From Strigamia acuminata (Eukaryota), in the NCBI GenBank assembly GCA_949358305.1, contig OX442314.1:26722001-26786000 (forward strand): a stretch of 64,000 nucleotides of DNA, written 5' to 3'. This document shows, piece by piece, positions 42,938 through 54,900 of the stretch. Both the position numbers and the translations under genes were made by a program. The notes beneath the pieces were generated by a model. That model was given only the letters and a program-made list of their open reading frames with translations, ran no database searches and was not told the DNA's origin. Position 1 is the first letter of the stretch. Every line of letters begins with the position of its first letter.

Positions 42938-45900
42938 TCAGTGTCTTCTTTTCCTGGGCATTTTGATAGGTCTTAAATACGGATTATCAATAGCATCTGA
43001 ATCGATCTCGTCCTTTCTTTGGCTCGTTTCTCCCGATCCATCACCCTCGCCTGCAATTCCAAACAAGATTTCTTTATAAATAAACCAACAACACGAATAA
43101 ATCTCGACGCGATTTACCAGAATCGATTTTCTTGGGAACAGGATCCTGCTTCATCAAGTCCTCTATGTCAAAGATTTGATCTTTCGGCAGCAGAGCATCA
43201 AGATACAGATTTGGAATGGGCTTCGATTCTATCACTGATTGTACATAAAACACGCATTATTTCACTCACAATATCGTAACCGAACCAAACGGGACCCCCA
43301 AAGGTCTAAAGGCCCCGAACTGGCGTTATTTTGACAGAAATTAATTTTTTCACTCAATAAAGTGACTTTTTTTAGTCTAATTTTTAATTTTTTGGTCTAA
43401 TTTTTTAATTTTTTGGTCAAATTTTTCCTTTTTTGGTTAAATTTTTCATTTTTTGGTCTAATTTTTCATTTTTTGGTCTAATTTTTCATTTTTTTGGTCT
43501 AATTTTTCATTTTTTGGTCTAATTTTTCATTTTTTTGGTCTAATTTTTCATTTTTTGGTCTAATTTTTCATTTTTTGGTCTAATTTTTCGTTCTGTGGTC
43601 TATTTTTTCATTTTTTTGGTCTAATTTTTCAATTTTTGTGTTTAAAATTTAACCGATCCGACCGGCACCGTACGTACGTGGAAATAAATTATTTTCGTCG
43701 GAGAAGAGCGTGTCTGTTTCGCCGGTTTTGGCTATGAAACGAGTTAAAGCGCGTTCGACGTCTCGTTTTTGATTGGCAGCCTTTTCTCGAATTGCCTCGT
43801 ATTCGGTCACCGGTTGTTTGTAGGTCTGAAATGAGTTTGTTTTGTTTTATTTTCAAGTTTTCGGTTGATTGTGTTTTGTTTACGGCTGTTCTGATGTAGG
43901 CGTGCGGGTCGGGAAACGATGGCAGATGTTCCGGAATGTGCGGCGGATGAGACCTTTTTTGGCCGGCTTGAAGAATCTTGGGCGTTGAGAGCTGAGCAGC
44001 CAGACCGACTGTAAGAAAAGATTAAATGTTGAGTGTGTGCGTTGCGTTGGGTACGAGTAATTTACCTGGTGGTAAGGAAATTCTGTTGATTCTTTTCGCG
44101 TATGCTGGAATAGTTTCAACGTTGAGTCCTGTAGGTTGAATCAGAAAAAAGAAATTAGTTTAGCGTTGGATTTGCGTAGTGGAAATTGTTATTTAAGATA
44201 CAGTTGCTTGATGGGGTTCGATGGGACACATTGGTCTATAGAATTTGCCGCAAATTTCTGAAATTTGTGCACAAATTCTCAAAAAAAAATCCAAGAATTT
44301 GTCTAAAAATACTAAAAAAAAAAATTTAATATTTTGTCTAAAATTGTCTAAATTATCTCAAATTCAATATTTTGTCTAAAAATACTAAAAAAAAAAATTT
44401 AATATTTTGTCTAAAATTGTCTAAATTATCTCAAATTCAATATTTTGTCTAAAAATACTAAAAAAAAAAATTTAATATTTTGTCTAAAATTGTCTAAATT
44501 ATCTCAAATTCAATATTTTGTCTAAAAATACTAAAAAAAAAATTTAATATTTCCTCTAAATTGTCTAAAATTTCCTCTAAATTGTCTAAAATTTCCTCAA
44601 ACTTGTCTAAAATTTCCTCAAACTTGTCTAAAATTTCCTCAAACTTGTCTAAAATTCCCTCAAATTTGTCTAAAATTTCCTCAAATTTGTCTAAAATTTC
44701 CTCAAATTTGTCTAAAATTTCCTCAAATTTGTCTAAAATTTCCTCAAATTTGTCTAAAATTTCCTCAAATTTGTCTAAAATTTCCTCAAATTTGTCTAAA
44801 ATTTCCTCAAATTTGTCTAAAATTTCCTCAAATTTGTCTAAAATTTCCTCAAATTTGTCTAAAATTTCCTCAAATTTGTCTAAAATTTCCTCAAATTTGT
44901 CTAAAATTTCCTCAAATTTGTCTAAAATTTCCTCAAATTTGTCTAAAATTTCCTCAAATTTGTCTAAAATTTCCTCAAATTTGTCTAAAATTTCCTCAAA
45001 TTTGTCTAAAATTTCCTCAAATTTGTCTAAAATTTCCTCAAATTTGTCTAAAATTTCCTCAAATTTGTCTAAAATTTCCTCAAAAATTTCCTCAAATTTG
45101 TCTAAAATTTCCTCAAAAATTTCCTCAAATTTGTCTAAAATTTCCTCAAACTTGTCTAAAATTTCCTCAAGCTTGTCTAAAATTTCCTAAAACTTGTCTA
45201 AAATATCCTCAAATTTGTCTAAAAAAAAAAAAAAAAAAAAAAAAAAACCCAAAAAATTCTAAAAAATAATTCTAAAAAACCCCACAAATTATTTTCCAAC
45301 CTTTATCAAGAGACCCCATGTGTGCATAAAGTCACTCCAATCACCATTCCAGTTTATCCACTCAAAACCCCAACTTACCCATATCAACCAAAGCCAAACT
45401 AACATCACCAACGAGCACATCTGTCCTCCCAGCCAATTCACACAGTGCTTTGCTACTTCTCCCGATCTCGAACAAACCTGCAAAAAAAAAACAAATCAGA
45501 AAAATCAAAAAAATCGATAACAAAACAAACCAAAAACTCCAAATGTCACGTCAATTCCCTCTCGGCCATTCCCATTACATCACACGACCTTGTGGTAACG
45601 AAAGAAGCCAGGAAATGGCCTCGCTGCTTCCCCCTCTCGCACCTGGGCCAAGGATCCGCGGTGGGGTGCGTTCGGTGCGCGAGGGGGAAAGGGGAAAGGG
45701 GAAAGCAAAGCGGGTGTCACCGCCTCGCAATCGAGGTCAACTCGGTCTCATCGCGGGCCCTTGGGGTTGTCGGGCTTGCCAACTGGGTCACGCTCGCGAT
45801 TGGGACCAGGAAACTGGGTCACGGGGCCAGATGCCTCGCCCCGACACAGGAAGAAGCAGCCGGTCAAGGTTACTCGCTTCCCTACCAGGGTTAACTTGTC

Positions 45901-48900
45901 AACCCTTTGCGCCCGCTGCTGCGCCGCGATGGGTCTCTGCACTTTACCGAGAGGGGGATACAATGCGAGGTCGATGAGATCGACCGAGTTAGAGGGGTCG
46001 GGTTTGTTGTGTTGCCACGCTTTTCCGCTGCGAGTGAGTGCGCAGTCGTGGGTGTTTGCTCTTGGCAATAGCTCATTGATTTTTGCATTGTTTTCCAATA
46101 AATTATTGATTTAAAAAAAAAAAATTTCTTACGAGAATTTTTTGATTTTTATATTTTTATTTTATAATAGTTGATTAATTTTTATAATTTTGTTGATTTT
46201 TATTATTTTGTTGATTTTATCAGCAAATTATTGGATTATAAACATAAAAAGCAACAAATTATTGTGTATAAACATAAAATTAACTTAATTTTTATGTTTT
46301 TACTCAATGATTTGTCGATTTTTATGTTTTTAATAAAAAATTTGTCGATTTTTATGTTTTTAATAAAAAATTTGTCGATTTTTAGGTTTTCACTCAATAA
46401 TTTGTCGATTTTTATGTTTTTACTCAATAAATTGTCGATTTTTATGTTTTAAATAAAAAATTTGTCGATTTTTATGTTTTTACTCAATAATTTGTCGATT
46501 TTTATGTTTTTACTCAATAATTTGTCGATTTTTATGTTTTTACTCAATAATTTGTCGATTTTTATGTTTTTACTCAATAATTTGTCGATTTTTATGTTTT
46601 TACTCAATAATTTATCGATTTTTATGTTTTTACTCAACAATTTGTCGATTTTTATGTTTTTAATAAAAAATTTGTCGATTTTTATGTTTTTACTCAATAA
46701 TTTGTCGATTTTTATGTTTTTACTCAATAATTTGTCGATTTTTATGTTTTTTACCAAATAATTTGTCGATTTTTATGTTTTCATTCAATAATTTGTCGAT
46801 TTTTATGTTTTTACTCAATAATTTGTCGATTTTTATGTTTTTAATAAAAAATTTGTCGATTTTTATGTTTTTACTCAATAATTTGTCAATTTTTATGTTT
46901 TTACTCAATAATTTGTCGATTTTTATGTTTTTAATAAAAAAAATTGTCGATTTTTATGTTTTTAATAAAAAATTTGTCGATTTTTATGTTTTCACTCAAT
47001 AATTTGTCGATTTTTATGTTTTTAATAAAAAAAATTGTCGATTTTTATGTTTTTAATAAAAAATTTGTCGATTTTTATGTTTTTACTCAATAATTTGTCG
47101 ATTTTTATGTTTTTACTCAATAATTTGTCGATTTCTATGTTTTTACTCAATAATTTGTCGATTTTTATGTTTTTACTCAATAATTTGTCGATTTTTATGT
47201 TTTCACTCAATAATTTGTCGATTTTTATGTTTTTACTCAATAATTTGTTGATAATTTCACGACATAATAATTTCTCATATTTACTAAAAATAACTTGCTT
47301 TTTCATCCTCAATTTCCACTAAATTTTCCCTCTTTCTCAACATTCAATTTTCATTTTCAATCCAAACGTAAAATTGTAAAAGGTATTTGAAACAAACGCA
47401 TTAGCACCGTTTGCACGATTCTACGAACCTACCCCGTAGTAAAGTCGAATGCAAATGCAATAATGGCCATGGTCGCAATATTTGTGGACGGGTCCAATAT
47501 TGAGAAGGTTTTAGGATAGGTGGGTTCAATGTGCAGCGCAGACTTCAGTCAGGGGGTTATAATGGAAAGTGCACATTGGCAGCGGTTATTTCACCTCGAA
47601 GGGGGTGAGTGAGTTTGTCCCGCTTTTCTCGCACAAGGTCAGTTCAGGTGAAGATCTAGGTGAAGCTTCGAGGGCGCACAAACACCTGGGTCGACTCGAC
47701 TCCGCTCAACGTGGGGGGTCAGGCACACGAGCGGAGCAAAGGATCAATCCATTTATTAAACTCAACAAAACCACGCATTTACAACAACTCCATTTCAATC
47801 ACTGAATTCGTAACCTCGAAAATAAATAAATGAAATAAATGACGGATTTTCGCCCTTTTTGTCTAAATATTCATCGAAAAATGGTACATTTATAATTTTT
47901 TTATAATATGTATCGATTTTTATTCGAATTTTACTCGTTTTTTAAATATTTTTATTGATTTCTGGATTAATTTTCATCAAAAAATGATGAAATTTTGCCG
48001 TTTTTACGTACATTTTTTTTTTCAAAAAAATGTTTTATCAAAAAATGGAGTAAAATGAATTTTTTGGGAAAAATTTCCAAATTTTCTATTAAAAAATAAT
48101 AATTTTTTTTTTTTTATTAAAAAATTACGAATTTTTCCAATTTGTAGTAATTTTTCTGAGAATTTTCATAATAAACTGATGAAATTTCGAAATTTTTCTC
48201 AAAACCTTAGTTTTCCTCTATTTTTTTTATTAAAAATTTAGAATTTCTATAAATTTTCCACCGAGTCCATTGCAAGCAATCGATCTCCCACTTTCCCCAT
48301 TTACAGACATTGCGACACCAACAACAACAACACACGCAGTCCGGTACAATCCAATGACATTCAGGGGTGGCCGCAACGACGACCGCGCAGCAACCAACCT
48401 TACCTTGGCCTACCCTTGAGTTGAAGGTGAAGGTGGCCTGCAAATGGGGTAAATGAGTGCAAATGTTGACTCGGCAACCGAACCAAGGTCAGCGCAGTGG
48501 AGAAAGTAGGTTGAGCGCAGTACACTTTTACTACCCTATTTGGAGCAAGGCAACTCAACAGGAAGAACCCTCCACGTCTCTCTTCCCTTTCCCTTCCTAC
48601 TAGAAAAACAAACAACAAACATGGCCGCCCATTTTGGAAAACGAAATAAACAATTGTCCATTTTATTTGTTTTTTAGTTTTTCGAAAGGAATTTTTCTTT
48701 GTCAATTAATGTGTCATTTTTCGTAATATCAACAAAATATTCGTGGTTCAGTAATTTTTTTTAAAAATAGTTTCTAACCGTTAATTCGGAGTTTATTTTT
48801 GGGGAATGTTTTGTGTTTATTATTTCTGTTGTGAAGGTGAGGCGATATAACGTCATTCAGTCAACCTGAATCAGATATTGAATGGAGAAATGATGACGTC

Positions 48901-49092
48901 ATATCGCGCTTGACGCATTTAAAAAAACTCCACATCAGCAAAAGGCGAAAACTTACAACTCTGCAGCATCTCGGTAAGAGTTTCCAGGGCAGCACGTTCG
49001 GACACTTCGAAACCAACTTCGGATACTAAAGCGGATGCTGCCGTGAATAAAATCCGACGGCGTGCGCTGGAAAACTGCAATTCCGAAGCCAT
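42938..49092 (-). CDS. TAF8: TFIID subunit 8, ~266 aa; exons 49092-48957, 45477-45379, 44128-44066, 44008-43884, 43825-43678, 43234-43118, 43050-42938
   Basis: ARRRIL..GF..ALETLTEMLQS..EIGRS histone fold, HPPHIPEHLPSFPDPHAY, QKRDVERALTRFIAKTGET and C-terminal IDNPYLRPIKMPRKRR. All introns are GT-AG; 801 nt. Not in the ORF track. Confidence 0.93.
43370..43635. repeat. Intronic 19-20-bp minisatellite (ttttggtctaatttttcat)
   Basis: Visible tandem units. Confidence 0.9.
44298..45222. repeat. Compound satellite: ~65-bp units followed by about 30 copies of 21-bp aaatttgtctaaaatttcctc
   Basis: Visible array; it generates the NLSKISS pseudo-ORF. Confidence 0.97.
45545..46070. ncRNA. Candidate structured RNA domain in TAF8 intron 1 (class unknown)
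   Basis: GC-rich non-coding island with several long helices, e.g. ccctctcgg/ccgagaggg, ttccccctctcgcacc/ggtgcgcgagggggaa and tgtcggg/cccgaca. Confidence 0.45.
46287..47250. repeat. Intronic 30-bp minisatellite (tttgtcgatttttatgtttttactcaataa), about 32 units
   Basis: Visible array with two unit variants. Confidence 0.97.
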
Positions 49093-51954
49093 GATATTGC
49101 TATTAACGAGCCTCTTTTCGTAGGCCTAAATCTTTCTCCTGTGGGGAAGCGGTGCAGGCTCGGGTTTACGATCGGGGTGAGTTCTCATAGGACAGAAAAA
49201 TGTAAATTTTTAAATTATTAGAAAACGATCATTATCGATTTTTTTTATTGTCAAAATTTTTTTTAAGGAAAAGAAAATACCATTTTTTAAACGTGTCTTT
49301 GAATAATTTTATTGTTGCGAGTCTTTAAAAGTTAACGCCATTTTGGACTGCGGAGATTCCATCTAGCGGTCGTATTTTCAATTAATTTTCATTTTAATAC
49401 ACGTTTGAAATCAAATATATTTATATTTATTTCATATTTTTATTTATTTGTGTGTAAAAATATCGAATAAAAAAACTAATAGTATAGAAAACTGCATTTT
49501 GAATCCTGGCGTTGAAGAGTAGACAGAAGCCGAGAGAAACAAACACGCGCAGTCATTGAACGAAGTGTGAAGATTTCTGCGCAGATCGTTGACACCGCAC
49601 TAAAGGAAGAATGATACTCCCAAGTTAAATTTCCAAAATTTCTATTCGCATTTTTCGTACGTATAAAACCAACAAAAAAGTCGAATAAGCAAACTCGCAC
49701 TATTATTATATCCAAATTAATTCCCACCGCTAAACAACACCCAAAAACACACCATTCCCGTCAATAATAATTCTATTAAATTCAATTCTCTCGCAGAACC
49801 GATCATGCGCATTGATCAAACAAACCCCACCTTAAACACTGTGTATCGCTCTCCGATTAGACCGTCGTGCAGAATGGAGTAGCCGGCGTGGTTTTGAACG
49901 AAAACTGCTTGCATAGCATCATTTTCCTCGATTTTTCCGTATCAGATGAGTGCATTTCTATAAAAATCGCCTTGGTTCGCGCATTTATTATTGCCGTTTG
50001 GATGTGGTAGGCTCAAAATTTGCTTCGGCCATTTTGGTTGTGTGGATTTATGAGAAGAGGTTAAATGTTGTGCAGTTTCAAAGTGCAACTGCCGGCATTG
50101 GAAAATGGCCGCTGCTCTGTTAGGCGACATGTTGGTACATTTGTCAAACCTCAACACAATTTTCACCCGATCTTGAGGAACGATGGAAGATAGGTGAGTG
50201 CAAAATATTATCACGAAAATTTATTTTCATTTATTTACCCAAAAATGGTCGAAAAATCGATTTTTTAATAAAAAAAAATTTAAAAAGACAAAAAAATAAT
50301 AATTTTAATTAATTAAACCAATTATTTATTTATTTGCACAAAAATAAAATCCCGAAATTACAAAATTTGTGGGTTTTTTCAGTGTAAAAAAAAAAAATTG
50401 ATGATTTTATTCGATTTTAATGAAATTTCGCTCGTTTTCGCGCATTGCAAATGTCGTGCAGGAAAGCTCGTTTTCGGGTTGCTTTTGGGGAAGTGCAGCG
50501 CGAATTTCATTTATTAAAGGCCTGTTATTTCGTCGGACATGCCAGGCCCTGACCCCATGGTTCACGGCCCAGATCGATACAGTTGGTAGTGGGGCGGGCG
50601 GAGGGAAGCTGACGTGCAATAACCCCGTTCGAGGATCCATCCTATTCCGAAAAAGGGTTCGGGCATTCGGCGCCTTCCTTCCGAGAATAATTCAATCAAT
50701 TTAAACCAACTCTTTTTTTTATTATCCACTTTTCATTACCAAACTGTTTTCCCATTGGTTGCCCGTCGCATTAAATCGGAGGAATTGATTTGGTAAAATT
50801 TTTTTTTTAATTTTTATTTATTTATTTTTTGGGTGATTTTTTTGTGATTGGGGGGGGGGGGGGGAGAGTTTGTTTTGGTTTGGTAATTGGGTTTTTTGGG
50901 TTTTTTTTGGGTTTGGGATTTTGGATTGGTAAAAAGAATGGGGTTGGGTGATGTCCACTAGAGGTCAGGGTTGGGTGTGGCGATAAAGAGAGTGTGGTAG
51001 ACAGTGAGGCGGCGACACACCGCCTTGCAATTTCGTCACTGGGAGGTGCGTGTGAGAAATGGATTGGCTTGGCACACGGTTGGGTCGAAATAAAGTTTGG
51101 AAAAAATGTCAAGTTGGTCGGAAGTTGGTGAAAAAAGTGTTAAGTTGGGGATAAATTAGTCAAATAAACGTCCAAGTGTGGTAGAATTAGTCAAAATATG
51201 TGTAATTGGTCGGAAATTAGTATAAAGAAAAAATGTCAAAAGTGAAATTGGACTAAAATTGGTCAAATTAATGTCAAACTGTTTTTAAAAATTGTCGAAT
51301 TGGTGTAAAATTTGTCAAAAAATGTCAAATTGGGGTAATATTGGTCTAAAATTTGTCAAATAATTTTAAATGAGGGTTATATTTGTCTAAAATTAGTCCA
51401 GAAATATAAAATTCGTCTAAAATATGTCAAAAACTGCCAAAAATTGCCAAAAGTTCCTCAAAAACTAGACCAAAAACGTGAAATTGGTCTAAAATTAGTC
51501 CAGAAATGTCAAATTGATCTAAAATGTGTCAAAAATGTGTGAAATTCCTCAAAAACTAGTCCAAAAACGTAAAATTTTTGTGTAATTCCTCAAAAACTAG
51601 TCCAAAAACGTAAAATTTTTGTGTAATTCTTCAAAAACTAGTCCAAAAACGTGAAATTGGTCTAAAATTAGTCGAAAAATGTCAAATTCGTCTAAAATTT
51701 GTCAAAACCCGTCAAATTAGAAATAAAAATGAAATAAAAATGGCAAATTGAGCTAAAATGATTGAATTTTCCAGCCGAGCACGAACTAAAAATGCTTTAC
51801 CATCATTTCGTTAATTCTATTTTATTTTCTCGTAGTTTTGCCGAGTAATGACGTCAGCACGTCACAAGCGTGCCTCTTCTTGGTCCACATGCTCGCACCA
51901 TCACGGCGTCGGTGTCTGCGGGTCAAAGTTCACCATCTTCTCTTACGCTCCACC

Positions 51955-54900
51955 ATGCTATGCTGTGGCAGGAGAAAGGTGCGCAAAACACATGTGACGT
52001 CACCAAAACTTACAACGATTCATCTCCAATTTCCAGTGACGTCACTTGCACCCCGCCCCTGTGGCAGAAAATTCTTAGTCAGAGTATTGACAGAATTGGC
52101 GGGCTTTTCCCATTCCAGGAATCTCGAGAAGGGACTTCCACTGAGATGTCGAGTCCGAGACGCGCCGCAGCCGCAGGGGCAGCCAGAGCCACACGTGTCA
52201 GGGTCCCGCCCCCCGAAATGGTGATGCAAAGCGACTTCCGTAAGGTAATTCCACACTTGTCATCCTTTTTCTCCCTTCCTACAACGCGCCCAGTTGGTGT
52301 CGAAGTCGAGCGAGCTCACTCTCGCTGTGACTGTGAGCGCCGCCTCAACTGCATTAGTTTATTATGAGTCAGTGTTGGAAGGGCAGTTGGAAACGAGCTC
52401 CAAAAGATGGACAAACCAAGCGCGAGAGAGATGCTAAGATATTAGCGAGGGTTTGTTTGTGTTTTTTTATTATTATTTTTATTTGTTTTATTTTTGTTTG
52501 TCAATTCTAGGGTGTTCTGTTTTGATGCCAAATTCAAACTGCATTTTGGACTGATTTTTAAACCGATCGACGAAGCCGCAGACGGGATTTTGCAGCTTGA
52601 TTTTGGCATCAAGATACTGCTCGGGAAATACTAAGGGGTTTCATTAAATGAGCGATTAGTTGATTACTTTGATTACTTTGATTAGTCGATTACTTGATGT
52701 GTCATGTGACTGGATTCAACCAATCCTGAGAATAATCATTTCATCGAATAAGCAACTAATCAAGTAATCAACCCAAACCATGATTTTCTACTGGCTTGGG
52801 CCGATTATAAGTGCTTTCTCAACTGAAACCAACATGGCGGCACCAGACCCGCTTCAACTACACAAGGTCATAATTTAACAAAGTCTGCTCAGTTTAGGTT
52901 AATCTGAACACATAAAACGAGTTAGGTAGTTGCAATTATTATTTGTAGGAACTTTTTTTAAACAATTGCAACGTATTTAGGTTACAATTTAAACAATTGC
53001 GCCCATTGGAGCATAATCACATAATCAGATTTTTGTTGGGCCCTCAATAATTGAGTGATTACGATTATTGCAATAATCAACTAATCACAATAATCGCTCA
53101 TTTAATGAAACCCCTTATTTTGTGAGTGGTAGAGTCGAAAACTTGTTTGGCTCAATAGTTGTGTGTGAGTTATGCCAACTGTCTACAACTGGTGTTTTCT
53201 GTGGTTTTCTCACTTGTCGGTGCGGCTTGAATGGTGCGATGGTCTCATGGGCGTTCGGCCAAACTGGTCACGACCATATTAAGTGTTCGGAATAAAAATG
53301 GAAATGAAAATACGCAGTTGTTTAGACCAGCGTTTCCCAAACTATGAGGCGTGAGCTGATTTTTGGTGGGGCGAATCCATCACACACGGCTTAAATAGGA
53401 CAAGCTTTTTCTGCAAACTTATGTAAAATTTTATGCAAAATTATATAAAAATTTCTTTTTTTCTTTTAAGTAGTTCATTTTTGGAAAATTTAATGACCGA
53501 TAGATGAGGTGGGGCGCGGAAGATCACTTTGCTTAAAAATGGGTCGCGATGCTAAAAAGTTTAGGAACCCCTGGTCTAGACTCTATGAACGATATAGACA
53601 GTGCGTTCAAATTGATTGCGATAAATCTGCAAAGCAAATGTTATAAGTCGACAACCTCGTTTTCATTTGAACGTAAGAAGTTTTTGCATCATATTTGCCT
53701 TAACTTGCATATCTTAAGCAACAATTACAAAGTTTGCATGGACATGGTTTTCCAAATAAGTGATATGCATTTAAAATTAGAAGTTTTTATAGTGTTAAGT
53801 GTAACTTGGTCAGACTAATGAATTTTCCACAAATGTTAATTGTAATTGGTTGTATTTGGTTCTATCGGATGGATTTTGTTTGCGGATTAATTGTAAGTGG
53901 AGCTTCTGTACAAACAAGGATTTTCCATCAAACAACTAAACAAGTTGGAGGATGCAAACAATTGAATTGTTGGCATTAATGGATGAGCGAGTGTTGTGTG
54001 AGAGTGCTTTGTTGCTTGTTGTTTGTTGAACTTGGAATGCACTTGGCATGGCATTTTCATTCCCACAGAACTTCAACTGAATTGCTTTGTTAGAGCAAAA
54101 ATTGTTGTCCTAGCAGTCATTAAGTAAACAAAAACAACAAAAAAGCCAGTTGAGGCAGCACACGAAGATGAAACATTTTTGTTTTTGGAAATATACAGAA
54201 AAATGAATTTAAATATCTTAATTATTTTTATTCAGTGCACTGCAGATCTTAATTTTCCAAAAGGCATTAATAATTTATTAGGGTGCAATAAAACGTTAAT
54301 GGGATTTCCAGATAAGGTCTGAATCATCTTTGGATCAATGGGATAGGAGGAAAAGTAGGATTGGTGTAAGGTTGTGGGTATGTAAAGTACAATGTAACAA
54401 CATTGATGTTTTCAGGTGAGAGCAGTTGGTCCAGAAATGACAATTTTTGATGTGCAGTTAAGATTTGGTGTAGTTTTTATGATTTAGAAGCAAAAATTGC
54501 AATTTGTTGCCAATAGGCTGACAAGTGAGAAATGTTTGTTGTACTTGCAGTACTGGGAAGAAAATTATCAATAAATGTCATTGCTGTGAATTGATTCACA
54601 ATTAATTGTGGTTCACAAGTGTGTGATAAAAATGAAGCTTTAACAGCTGCAACAACATGTGTATTTTGTCATTTTGTGAAACAAGTTGGTTTCATAGTTT
54701 ATTGATTTGGTTTTACTAATGGCGAAGAGCCAACATGGCATTTCATTGAACTCTTGTGAAAGTTAGCAGTCATGTTGGTAGATAGAAATTGCTATTTTAA
54801 AAATAATCCAGAAATTGCCATTAATATTTCAAAAATTTTAAACAACCAGGCACGGACCGTTCCGATAAGGGGCCGTCCATATATTACGTAACGCCTTAAG

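Noticed and set aside
45885..45895. UAACCCU (and CCUGACC at ~47717-47723) as a telomerase template
   Set aside because: These are 7-nt matches expected by chance, and the first is buried in a stem. Neither matches the ancestral arthropod TTAGG, so they cannot be judged without the species' telomere motif.
44561..47322. Long repetitive ORFs (NLSKISS, NLSIFMFLL, KNIKIDKLLS); similar ORFs at 7680-8092 and 28381-28723
   Set aside because: These are translations of stop-free intronic minisatellites with no coherent exon structure.
50596..50685. gggcggagggaagct resembles the 5' end of human RNase P RNA and pairs with gccttccttccg
   Set aside because: The closing helix spans only ~90 nt and the P4 motifs are absent. 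It is probably a chance hairpin near the syd-1 promoter.
52834..52866. Possible alternative syd-1 first exon MAAPDPLQLHK (phase 0)
   Set aside because: It lies inside a Harbinger-like MITE and the donor gtcata is weak.
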